From the IMG/VR virus record IMGVR_UViG_3300012973_001074, positions 32,001 through 96,000 of that record: a stretch of DNA of 64,000 nt. One strand, 5' to 3'. The stretch comes from a virus (Duplodnaviria > Caudoviricetes). The position numbers were made by a program, and so were the translations under genes. Numbering within the stretch: the stretch's first letter is position 1; every line of letters starts with the position of its first letter. Shown here one piece after another: positions 19,530 to 28,442 of this stretch. The notes under the pieces are model-generated. The model saw only the letters and a list, made by a program, of their open reading frames with translations. It was not told the origin of the DNA and made no database searches.

Positions 19530-19614
19530 GGTTTCGTGCGGATGCGAGCGCGTCCGCGGAGTCGTCGGGCCCCGGTGTTGTCAGTTGGCAATTCGGTCGG
19601 CTAGCGTGGATCGA

Positions 19615-20238
19615 ATGAGAATTGTCACTCTCGTCGGATTCGTCGCTCTGGTCGGTGCGTGCTCCAGGGGGAACGCCATTGGTCCCGATGACCGGCACCC
19701 GGACGGGCAGCAGAACCAGGACCCTTCGAAGGACGATCCCTCCGACCCTTCGAAGCCGACCCCGTCAGACCCTTCGAAAGCCGGGACGAGCGGTTCGCGG
19801 TTGAAGGCGCGCTACTACGAGGGCGAGGACGGCTCGAAGCAGTTCATCGGCTGGTGGGACTCGCAGCGGCAGGAAGACTGTGTGATGGTGCCAGCCAAGG
19901 ATGGGAAGCTGCGCTGCCTACCGGCGGCAAATGTCGCCATCACTGGCTACGCAGACGCGAACTGCAGCGTGCCTGTCGTGACGGTCCGCAAGGGCTGCGC
20001 TGCGCCGTCGGCGGCAATCGTTATGGAAACGTCAGGGAACGTATCCTGCAGCCTGGGATACGCGTACGCCGCGTACGGTGTAGACCCTGCGAAGTTCACC
20101 GGGACGTTGTACGGAGGCTCGCCTTCGACCTGTAAGGTCACAACGGGCGAACCGTACGCCGAAACCATGGATTTTCACCGACTCAGCTCGGAAATTCCTC
20201 CGACCTCGTTCGTAGCGGTGAACCAGACGCACGACTAG
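19615..20238 (+). CDS. Cys-rich lipoprotein (moron)
   Basis: Signal peptide with lipobox VGAC; SGSRLKARY..WWDS..C..DGKLRCLP; opposite strand to head genes. Confidence 0.75.
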   Translation: MRIVTLVGFVALVGACSRGNAIGPDDRHPDGQQNQDPSKDDPSDPSKPTPSDPSKAGTSGSRLKARYYEGEDGSKQFIGWWDSQRQEDCVMVPAKDGKLRCLPAANVAITGYADANCSVPVVTVRKGCAAPSAAIVMETSGNVSCSLGYAYAAYGVDPAKFTGTLYGGSPSTCKVTTGEPYAETMDFHRLSSEIPPTSFVAVNQTHD

Positions 20239-21137
20239 TTGAGGCCGACTTCTTCGAGCTCGGGGAGGACGGGGTAGGCGATGCATCGGCAGTTGATGGG
20301 CTCGCCCGGGTGGCCCTCTTCGGGGTGACCGTCGGCCCACGTGAAGCGCGCGCCTTCGAGGTCCTTGTGCTCGGGCCGCACGCGCTCGTCGTTGCTCGTC
20401 GTCCAGATGTACTCATCGATGCCCGCAGCGGTTTGGCGCTCGCGGGTGATGTTCGCGTTGAGCGTGAGGATCTGGTCCCGCGCGAGCGCCTCGGCGCGCG
20501 ACAGCGTGACATCGTCGAGCTGGCGCGCGATCTCCTTGGCGAGCGTCTGCGCCGTGTGGCCTCGGCCCTCGCGAAGGATCCTCTCGATCTTCGCGAGCTG
20601 GTCCTTCTGCATGCCCGTGATGCGGGCGACGTTGTCCTTCCGCCAGCCGTCGATGAGCCACTTGAGGTGGGGCTCCTTCTCGACGTTGATCCCGAGGCGG
20701 GAGAACTCGCGCTGCGAGTGCTGCACGACGCGCTTGGCTGCGCGGTTCGATGTTCGTGAGAAGCCGGGTTCGTTGAAGGCATCGAAGCCTGCGAACTCCA
20801 GGTCCTCGAGAAGCTCGTCGAGCTCCGAGTCCTCGAGCAGCTCCAGGTCGAGATCCTCGAGCTCGTCACCCGGTGCATCGAGCCGCTCGGCAGCGTCGGT
20901 CTTCGTGACGCGGCGCTCAGCGGCGGCGGCGAGTTTTGGAAAGACGACCTTCCCGACGGCTCGTGCGAAGGCGGCCGCGATGCGGCGAAGCTCCAGCACC
21001 ATCATCAGCTCGGCCCCGCGCGGCAGTTGAGGTGAGCGGGTGCGGCGGACGGCGTTGCTGGGAGGGCGTTGGGTCCTCTTCGGGAGCCTCGGTCGGCGAG
21101 GCCTTCGCGGCGGATGGCGCAGTGCTGCGCGAGCCAT
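20235..21137 (-). CDS. MuF / SPP1 gp7-like head morphogenesis protein
   Basis: RAEALARDQ, YIWTTSNDERVRPEH, HPGEPINCRC motifs. Confidence 0.92.
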   Translation of the reverse strand: MARAALRHPPRRPRRPRLPKRTQRPPSNAVRRTRSPQLPRGAELMMVLELRRIAAAFARAVGKVVFPKLAAAAERRVTKTDAAERLDAPGDELEDLDLELLEDSELDELLEDLEFAGFDAFNEPGFSRTSNRAAKRVVQHSQREFSRLGINVEKEPHLKWLIDGWRKDNVARITGMQKDQLAKIERILREGRGHTAQTLAKEIARQLDDVTLSRAEALARDQILTLNANITRERQTAAGIDEYIWTTSNDERVRPEHKDLEGARFTWADGHPEEGHPGEPINCRCIAYPVLPELEEVGLN

Positions 21138-21638
21138 TCATGCCTGCGTCGGCTCGTCGTCGTTGTTCGCTGCAGGCTCGTCGGTGTTTGCTGCAGGTTC
21201 GTCGCCTGGCGGCGCGGGGAGCGCTTCCGGCGGCGGCGGCAGAGGAGGGATCGGCGGCGGCTCGGGCTCTTCGGGCTCGCTCGGCTGTTCGGGCTGTTCG
21301 GGCTCAGGGTCGGGATGCTGGGCAAGCATCTCGTCGTCCACGCCTTCGAGCATGATCAGCGCGAGATTGTCGACCGGGTCATACGTCAGCGTGACCATGC
21401 CCGACGGTGGCTCGATCCCGCGCGCGCGCAGCACATCGACCAAGCGGGCAGCGTCGGCGAACGCGGCGGGCGAAACGAGCGTGTTCAAGAGCACGAACGG
21501 CTCGGTCGATTCGTCGCCTTCGGCGCTGCCCGTCGTGTCGAACGCGTTGCGACGCAGCCATCGCACGGTCTCACGAATGCCGGGATCGAGCGCGTCATAG
21601 TCGATCGGCGGCAATCCGCCGGGGCTTGCAGGCATCAT
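21138..21638 (-). CDS. Hypothetical phage protein with Pro/Glu-rich tail
   Basis: Start MMPASPGG; LDPGIRETVRWLRRNAFDTTGSAEG motif; abuts the MuF start. Confidence 0.6.
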   Translation of the reverse strand: MMPASPGGLPPIDYDALDPGIRETVRWLRRNAFDTTGSAEGDESTEPFVLLNTLVSPAAFADAARLVDVLRARGIEPPSGMVTLTYDPVDNLALIMLEGVDDEMLAQHPDPEPEQPEQPSEPEEPEPPPIPPLPPPPEALPAPPGDEPAANTDEPAANNDDEPTQA

Positions 21639-21765
21639 GGATCGTGCTCCCTTCGAGGTCGGCGCTGACTCCCAATTGAACGTCGATTGAATGTCGAAAA
21701 ACGAAAGAAAGTTCGATGGTTGACTGTGTCTGGCCTCGTCGGCCATCATCTGCGTCACGACGAAG

Positions 21766-22299
21766 ATGACGAGCAAGACGAAGACGAAGACGAGGCCGAA
21801 GACGAAGACGAAGGCGAAGGCGAAGGCGAAGGACCCGTTCGACGACTTCCCGGCGCGCCTCAAGGCGGCGCGAGAGCGGTGCGGGTATGGAGTGAACGAG
21901 CTAGACCGGCTCGTGGGCGTCTCCGTCGGGCAGACCTCGCGGCTCGAGCTCGGTGCGCGGCCGCGCGTGAGCATAGAGACCGTCGCGAAGTTCGCGCGCG
22001 TTCTCGATGTCACCATCGACTGGCTGTGGAACGGACCGGTCCCTTCGGGAGGAGTGAAGGTCCTGCAGCGGGGGGCTCGGAGGGAGCCGCGTTACGTGCC
22101 CTCGACCCTGCGGCGAGCCATCGGGAGGCCTCTTGAGGAAGTCGCCGAGAAGGCGGGTATCGGACTGACCAATGTGGCGCGCGTCGAGGCCGGGGAGAAC
22201 GCGACCCTCGCGGACCTCGCGGGCTTCGCCAAGGGTATCGACATGAAGCTTGAAGTCGCCTTCGTCGCAGGCGAGCGGCGCTACCGCATCGACGTGTGA
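21766..22299 (+). CDS. XRE-family regulator with two HTH domains
   Basis: RLKAARERCG..ELDRLVGVS..SRLE..IDWL and LRRAIG..EEVAEKAGIG..VARVEAG; AT-rich promoter region 21670-21730. Confidence 0.8.
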   Translation: MTSKTKTKTRPKTKTKAKAKAKDPFDDFPARLKAARERCGYGVNELDRLVGVSVGQTSRLELGARPRVSIETVAKFARVLDVTIDWLWNGPVPSGGVKVLQRGARREPRYVPSTLRRAIGRPLEEVAEKAGIGLTNVARVEAGENATLADLAGFAKGIDMKLEVAFVAGERRYRIDV

Positions 22300-22516
22300 G
22301 CCGGCTCTTGCGCGACCGCGATGGCGTTCGTAGGTTGCGACGCCTCGGAGCCCACACGCAAACTGTCCTCGGTAGGCGAGGGCTGCTTTAGGGAAGCAGA
22401 TGCGCCGGTGCGACTCCGGCCTCGCGCTCCGAGCACTCGGTCCCGCTGGCAGACGCTGGCGGGGCCGTCGCGTGTCGGGGTTGAGTCCGCCTGGAATTCG
22501 CGATGGACTTGCGGCA

Positions 22517-23167
22517 ATGGAGTCCGCCGTCATCACTGCTCTCGCTGCGATCGGCGGCGTGGTCCTTGGTGCATACCTGACACGGAAGAACGCCTTGGCC
22601 GTCGCCGAACTGTCGGCGAAGACGGCACGGGAGCAGGAGCTTGAGCGCGAACGGAGAGCGCTCGCCCGCGACCGGCTGGAGCGGCAGTTCGAAGCAAGGC
22701 TCGCCGTGCAGCGATTCGTTCTGAACAACTTGAACGGCCCTGGTTGGTCGGACCCGGGCGTCCGAGAGGAGGCAGCTCAGATTGCGGGACGGGTAGCATC
22801 CGCCTTCACTGCGCCACGCTTCGCAGCGTTCCTCTACGAGGTGCTCTTCTACGAAGTCGCGCTCCCGATCCGTCCTGGAATGTTCCAGAAGGCGCCACGA
22901 ACGATGACGGAGAGCCAGCTCTTGGCGCTCTGGAACCGAAGCGACAAGGAGATGTTGCGCGTCATCGAAGAGACGGTGCGCGTGTCCGGCTATGGCGAGC
23001 TGGAGATCCCGAAGGTTCCTTCGAAAGATGAGGCAGTCAAGGAAGCGCCGCGGACGCGAATCGCGTCCCTGTCCGCGGCGTCCGCGAGCGAGCCAACTGC
23101 AGCAGACCCGGAGGCTTCGGAGGAGGCGGCAGCGCTATCGGACTCGCGGCGCGCTCGGGGCGGCTGA
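22517..23167 (+). CDS. Membrane-anchored hypothetical protein (moron)
   Basis: Start MESAVITALAAIGGVVLGAYL, a single N-terminal TM followed by coiled coil. Confidence 0.6.
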   Translation: MESAVITALAAIGGVVLGAYLTRKNALAVAELSAKTAREQELERERRALARDRLERQFEARLAVQRFVLNNLNGPGWSDPGVREEAAQIAGRVASAFTAPRFAAFLYEVLFYEVALPIRPGMFQKAPRTMTESQLLALWNRSDKEMLRVIEETVRVSGYGELEIPKVPSKDEAVKEAPRTRIASLSAASASEPTAADPEASEEAAALSDSRRARGG

Positions 23168-23193
23168 GCCGGGCTGTCATGCTGGCGCTTCGC

Positions 23194-23214
23194 TTTCGGA
23201 CGCGGTGTCTGAAA
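23194..23214. promoter_or_regulatory. Operator copy TTTCGGAC-N5-GTCTGAAA
   Basis: Near-perfect palindrome matching the CGGAC-N5-GTCCG core repeated in the early region. Confidence 0.6.
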
Positions 23215-23306
23215 CCGAAAGCGGCCCAGAAAGCCCGTCATTTCGCCGTGTAGCGCGACCGGTCGCCGCGCGGTACACTTCTAGTGGACCCGGAAGGAGG
23301 GTCTGG

Positions 23307-23498
23307 ATGAATGCGAAGTCCCCGAAGACGGTAGAGGCACCGAAGCCAGGCAAGTCGAGCCTGGACATGTTCAACGAGGCCTACGCGAAAGCGATGGCCG
23401 AGGAAGCCGAGGAGACCGAGAACCTCCCGAAGGCCTTCACGCCGGAGGAGAGCCTGGTCGAGGTCGTGGACGACGACGACAAGCACTTCGGCGTCTAG
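23307..23498 (+). CDS. Small acidic protein (63 aa), convergent with the zeta-like kinase gene
   Basis: AAGGAGG Shine-Dalgarno at 23294-23300; stop overlaps the neighbouring stop (CTAG). Confidence 0.65.
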   Translation: MNAKSPKTVEAPKPGKSSLDMFNEAYAKAMAEEAEETENLPKAFTPEESLVEVVDDDDKHFGV

Positions 23499-25447
23499 CC
23501 GCCGCGTTTCCTCTGCAGCTTGACCTTGTGGCCGTTGGCCGCGTCGTAGACCGTGAGGTTCGGCGCGGCCGCGTGAATTTTGTCGCGGGCCTTTTCGATC
23601 TTCGCGTACGTGCCGCGGATGACGTGCTCGGGCACGTAGCGCCCTGAGCCCTCGGCGCGCGAGGCGGCGCGCCGGACGCCCTCGTCCGGGTTCAGGTCAG
23701 GGTGGTGCACGTGGACGTCGTAGCCCTTCGCTTCGAGGTGGTTCATCAGCGCGATGAACTTGTCGGCGTTGCCGCCCGTGCCGTCGATGATCACGTGGTG
23801 CCCGCGGTCGACGGCGCGGTCCCGGATCTGCTTGGCGACGGCGCTCGACTCCTCGTGCACCTGCGCGGCCGCGCCTCGGAACGTCGGGCCGGCGCTCGGG
23901 TCCTTCGGAACGCTCGCCTTGTACTCGGGGAGCTGGGACTTCACTTCGTCCGGATCGACGTGGACGAAGCGCGACGTGTCGAGACCGTGTTTCGCGAGCT
24001 TGCCGAGCACGACGCCTTTGCCGCTCGCCGGTCCGCCCATCGTGAGGATCGCGATGGGCTTCTCGCCGAGCTCGCCGGCGGTCTTCTTGCCATCGAAGGC
24101 GGGCGCGATGAGCTCGCGTTCGTGAAAGGCGGCGCGCTCGGGCGAGGGCTTGCCGCCTTCGTCCGGGTGCTTGTCGTAGTGGTCCTTCCAGGTCTCGTTG
24201 CTCTTGCCCATCAGCTGGCCGGACCACGAGCCGTCGGGGTTCTCGGTGCCGACCCAGGTGCGACCGGGCTTGAGCGGTTCGTCCTTCGCCGGGGCGGGCT
24301 GCTTCTGCGCGCTCGGCGGGACCTTGTCGTGCGTGCTCGAGAAGTCCCCCGCGGGCCCGCCGCTGCCGCCTCTACCACCGACCTTGTGCAGGCCCGGGCC
24401 GGGCGGTCCCTCGCGGTCGCTGCCGCCGCTGCCGGAGCCGATGCTCGTCCAGCGTCCCTCCTCGTCGCGCGGAACGCCTTCCCACTCGTCCGCGTCCGTG
24501 CGCTCTTCACCCGCTTCGAGACCGAATTGCGCGGCGAGCTGCCTCCACGCCCATTCGAGCTGCTTGTCGGTGAGCTTCGGGTTCTCGCGCTTCGCCTCGG
24601 CGAGCCACTGACCCTTGTACTTGCGTGGGTTCGCTGCGAGCTCGTCGAGGAACTCGTCGCGCGCACGCTTTTCCGTGTCGCTCACGCCCGGCTTCGCATC
24701 GGTGCGCGTCTTTTCGAGGCGCATCGTGACGTAGTCGGGGTGATCGAACCGGTCGTAGTCCCAGTCGGTCGCCGCGTACTCAGAGTTGAACGCATCGCGC
24801 GTCGCCTCCTTGAAGCCGACCTTCTCGTAGAGCTTGTTGAGGGTCGGCCCGTAGCACTCGACGTAGTTGACGCCGTAGTTGTCGACGACGTGACGAAGGA
24901 GCTCGACGCCGATGCCCTTCTGGCCACCCTGGTTGAAGAGCGCTGTCGCCTCGATGCGCCCGTCACCGTGGTCTTTGACCGCGACGCCGGCCTTGCCGTC
25001 GGGGCTCATGACGCAGCTCATCTTCCCCAGGTCTTCGACCCCATAGTGCGAGACGTGATGCTTGAACGGGGAGTCCTTGAACGCAGAGTCGAAGGCCGCC
25101 TTGAACTTGTCGGCCTTCTCGCGCACGGGCGAGACCGCGGCGCGCGCGCCCTCGGCGCTCTTCCAGTCGCCCGAGCTCGAGCCGCCGCCCTTGCCGCCGG
25201 GACGGTGCACACCGATGCCCGCGTCGGTCCCCGCTGAGGTGTCGCCGCCGCTGCTCGTCCAGAGGCCCTTCTCGTCGCGCGGGACCTCCTCCCAGCCTTC
25301 GGCGTCCGTGCGTTTCTGCTGCTTGTCGCGAGAGCCGGTGAGCCCTTCCTGCTCCTTCCTGGCCGCCGCGCCGGGCTCGGGCTCGTCGCCGTCGAAGACG
25401 AAGCCGCCGAGCTCGGACGAGATGAACCGGTCCGCGCGCGTCGTCAT
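23495..25447 (-). CDS. Multidomain virion-associated effector: GNAT-like acetyltransferase + zeta-toxin-like P-loop kinase
   Basis: GNAT-like ALFNQGGQKGIGVELL..LNKLYEKVGF; zeta-like ILTMGGPASGKG..VDPDEVK..LPEY..VHEESS..IIDGTG; translationally coupled to portal. Confidence 0.8.
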   Translation of the reverse strand: MTTRADRFISSELGGFVFDGDEPEPGAAARKEQEGLTGSRDKQQKRTDAEGWEEVPRDEKGLWTSSGGDTSAGTDAGIGVHRPGGKGGGSSSGDWKSAEGARAAVSPVREKADKFKAAFDSAFKDSPFKHHVSHYGVEDLGKMSCVMSPDGKAGVAVKDHGDGRIEATALFNQGGQKGIGVELLRHVVDNYGVNYVECYGPTLNKLYEKVGFKEATRDAFNSEYAATDWDYDRFDHPDYVTMRLEKTRTDAKPGVSDTEKRARDEFLDELAANPRKYKGQWLAEAKRENPKLTDKQLEWAWRQLAAQFGLEAGEERTDADEWEGVPRDEEGRWTSIGSGSGGSDREGPPGPGLHKVGGRGGSGGPAGDFSSTHDKVPPSAQKQPAPAKDEPLKPGRTWVGTENPDGSWSGQLMGKSNETWKDHYDKHPDEGGKPSPERAAFHERELIAPAFDGKKTAGELGEKPIAILTMGGPASGKGVVLGKLAKHGLDTSRFVHVDPDEVKSQLPEYKASVPKDPSAGPTFRGAAAQVHEESSAVAKQIRDRAVDRGHHVIIDGTGGNADKFIALMNHLEAKGYDVHVHHPDLNPDEGVRRAASRAEGSGRYVPEHVIRGTYAKIEKARDKIHAAAPNLTVYDAANGHKVKLQRKRGG

Positions 25448-28365
25448 TGGACCTCCTCGGCATCGATGAGAAGACGCGGCGGGCGACCGATCTCGAGGTC
25501 GACCTGCGCGTAGCTTTCGCGCTTCACCGACCTGATCCGGAACCGTGTTCCCTTCGGGAGGAGGACCTCGGCTTCGTTCTGGTACTCGGACGCGCCGGAG
25601 ACCGTGACGCCGCTCTTGTGCTGCACGCGAATCACGGCATCGAATCCGTGGGGCAGGACCGCTGCGGTGGCGCCGCGATCGAGGTCCTCCTTTTCGAGGC
25701 TCGCGAACTGGGTCGCGACGTCTCGGTGATCGGAGAAGCTCGTCATCGAGTCGAGCGTGAACGTCTGCGAGTTGAGCATCTTCTCGACGACGCGCGGCGG
25801 GACCTGCTTGAGACCGCGGTAGACGGTCCCTGGCGTTGGGGGCACGTCGCGGAAGATGCCGTTCAGGTGCTCGATCGCCTGCTGCGCGCGCTCGGTGTGG
25901 TCCGCCGCGGACGAGGCCCCGTGCAGGAACTGCTTAGCGAGCTCCTCGGGCGTGCGGACGTGCTGGTCGCCATAGCGATCGGGCTGGGAGCGATACAGCG
26001 TCCCGGCTTCGTTCAGCGTGTAGCCGGACTCGGCGATCCGCTGGTCGAGATGCGCCTGCGTCGCGCGCGTGACCTCTTCGGGATCCGCTCCCGATTCGAG
26101 CTTGCGGATCGAAGTGTCGTAGCCCTTCGTGTACTGCGAGAGCGCATCGTAGTGCTCATCGCGGAGCTTGCTCGCGACGGCCTCCGCAGCGTCGAGGTGA
26201 GCGCGCTCGTTGAACGTGTTGCGCGTGTCTTCCTCGGTTGCGGCCTGCGAGCGGATGACGCGCGCGAGGGCCGCTCTCTCGCTCGCTCGCTCTGCAATCG
26301 GAGGCGGCTCGCCATTCTTGAAGAGGTGCTCTTCGTCGAAGTCTGCGAGCGCCTTCGCCTGCTCGCGCGACAGGCCGCGTGACTCGAGGCGATCGATTCG
26401 CTCGGCGACGTCGCCTGATACGCCCTCGCTCTCGACGATGCTGCTGATGCGCGCGCTCTTGTCGCCAGACCGAGGCTCAGAGCTCGAGTCACCGTCCTTC
26501 GGCGTGAACCGGCCCCCATCGGGCTCGCCAGCCGGCACGCGTTCGACGTTCGCCTCGTCCCAGTCGTCGGTGCGGACCGCGTCGTCGAGGAAGCGGATCT
26601 CGGTCTTGCCGCCGTGTCCGTGGATCTCGCGGACCTCGTCGAGCGAGTCGAAGAGCGTCGTCGAGCGGTGCTTCGTGAGCCAGCGCATGGCGACGGTGCC
26701 GTCCTCGAAGACGGCTCCGTGAGCGACGACGCCGGTACCGGAGACGCCGGTCTCGTCCTCGATGCGGTAGAGCTCGAAGAGGCGCGGACCGCTCGTCGCG
26801 TCCGTGCGCACGCGCGCGCGCTCGTAGTCGTCTTGGGTCGGCTTCGGCTTCTGCGCGACGCCGGGCGGAAGCTGCGGGGGACCTCCCTGCTGGGGGCCTC
26901 CCTGCTGCGGGGGACCTCCCTGCGGGGGCGGACCTCCCATGCCCGGAGGGGCGCCCGGTCCGCCCATCTCCGTCGGGTCGGGCGGGTTCTCCATTTGCTC
27001 GAGGTCGGCCTCGAGCACGGCCTGGCGCGCCTTGATGGCGTCGTCGGAGAGCCGGACCTCGTCCTCGAAGCCGCCGGCGATGCCGAAGCGCGCGATGGCG
27101 ACCTCCTCGGGCAGCAGGACCTGGGCCTGGATGTACGTCGAGTCCCGCTGCGCGATCGCGCTCTGGCGCTGCGCCTGCACGAGCGGTGTCTCGGTCCAGA
27201 GCGGGGTGAACTTGACCGTGAGCGACTTTGGCCGCGTGCGCGTCGGCGACGCCTTCGACTGCAGCCAGATGACGAGCAGGCGCCGGATCTTCGGCGCGAG
27301 CATCGTCGTCTGCTCGGCGCGGATGCGGTCGTAGAACCAGCGGAAGTCGCTCTCGCCCGTGGCGTTCATGCCGGCGGGCGACTGGCCCATCAGGATGGTG
27401 ACGGGGATCTGCACCGCCGCGGCGAGGCGGAGCATGAACTTTTCGAGCGTCGCGGGGATCTCGCTGAACGAGACGGAGTGCCGCGTGAACTCCTCCTTCG
27501 CGTCAGCATCGACGACGATGGCGCGCATCACCGAGCGGTAGAGCTCGATGATCTGCAGGCGCGCCTGGAGCTTCGCCTGCTCGTTGGCGCCGATCATCTC
27601 GGCGAGACCGGTCATCTTGAAGATGGCCTGGTTGCCGTCGGTGAGCAGCGTCTCGACGGCCGCCCATCCGGTGTTGAACGAGCGCAGCACGTTGTACGCG
27701 CGCTGCAGGACGGACATGTCCCAGCCGAAGAGCTGCTGCCGCTCGCGGATGCCCGTCGATGCTCCGCGGAAGAGGATGAGCCGCGACTCGTGGACAAGCA
27801 TCGTCGGCGACGACTTGGCCCCGGCCGCGGTGACGGCGTACGTCTTGGGCGTGCCGAACTTCGGGCCCGGTTCCTCGTAGAAGTCGACGGGCCAGAGAAG
27901 TCGGCGATCGAGCGGGTAGAGCCACTCTACGTCGTTCGCGCGCGCGGGCTTGAGCGGCTTCCAGGCCTCCTGGCCGTCGTCGGCACCGATGAGGACGGCG
28001 CCGCCGCCGTAGCAGCGGCCCCACTTGGACCCTTCTTGGAAGTTGCCGCGGACGTCGAGCGCGTCGAACTTCTCCTGGATGACCTCGTCGAGCTTCGGGT
28101 CGCCGGTCTCGATCGAGAACGGCTCGCGAAGCATCTCCTGCGGGACGACGTCGACCATGCGCGCCGCCATGTCGTCTGCGTGATAGAGCGCGGAGAGCTC
28201 GACATCCTCGAGCATCCGGTTCGGTAGGACGTAGCCGTAGGTCGTCTTGTCGCGCGCGGTGCCGAAGCCGGTGACCTCGTTGATCCACGCGTCGAAGCGC
28301 GACGTAGCGCGTGCGCGGAAGGCGCCGAGCGCCTCGCGCATCTTGATCGACGCGGAGTTCAGCAT
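25444..28365 (-). CDS. Portal protein (DUF1073/HI1409-like) fused to a C-terminal ADP-ribosyltransferase
   Basis: Portal: VHESRL, IPVTILMGQSPAGMNATGESDFRWFYDRI. ART: YT, VYRG, TSFS, NEAEVLLPKGTRF (R-S-ExE). Confidence 0.88.
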   Translation of the reverse strand: MLNSASIKMREALGAFRARATSRFDAWINEVTGFGTARDKTTYGYVLPNRMLEDVELSALYHADDMAARMVDVVPQEMLREPFSIETGDPKLDEVIQEKFDALDVRGNFQEGSKWGRCYGGGAVLIGADDGQEAWKPLKPARANDVEWLYPLDRRLLWPVDFYEEPGPKFGTPKTYAVTAAGAKSSPTMLVHESRLILFRGASTGIRERQQLFGWDMSVLQRAYNVLRSFNTGWAAVETLLTDGNQAIFKMTGLAEMIGANEQAKLQARLQIIELYRSVMRAIVVDADAKEEFTRHSVSFSEIPATLEKFMLRLAAAVQIPVTILMGQSPAGMNATGESDFRWFYDRIRAEQTTMLAPKIRRLLVIWLQSKASPTRTRPKSLTVKFTPLWTETPLVQAQRQSAIAQRDSTYIQAQVLLPEEVAIARFGIAGGFEDEVRLSDDAIKARQAVLEADLEQMENPPDPTEMGGPGAPPGMGGPPPQGGPPQQGGPQQGGPPQLPPGVAQKPKPTQDDYERARVRTDATSGPRLFELYRIEDETGVSGTGVVAHGAVFEDGTVAMRWLTKHRSTTLFDSLDEVREIHGHGGKTEIRFLDDAVRTDDWDEANVERVPAGEPDGGRFTPKDGDSSSEPRSGDKSARISSIVESEGVSGDVAERIDRLESRGLSREQAKALADFDEEHLFKNGEPPPIAERASERAALARVIRSQAATEEDTRNTFNERAHLDAAEAVASKLRDEHYDALSQYTKGYDTSIRKLESGADPEEVTRATQAHLDQRIAESGYTLNEAGTLYRSQPDRYGDQHVRTPEELAKQFLHGASSAADHTERAQQAIEHLNGIFRDVPPTPGTVYRGLKQVPPRVVEKMLNSQTFTLDSMTSFSDHRDVATQFASLEKEDLDRGATAAVLPHGFDAVIRVQHKSGVTVSGASEYQNEAEVLLPKGTRFRIRSVKRESYAQVDLEIGRPPRLLIDAEEVQ

Positions 28366-28442
28366 GCGAAGCCCTCGACGGGAGATGGAAGGGACCTGCG
28401 CACGCCCAAACTGGTAGGGAGGCGCGCGCGAAAGCCGCGGAA

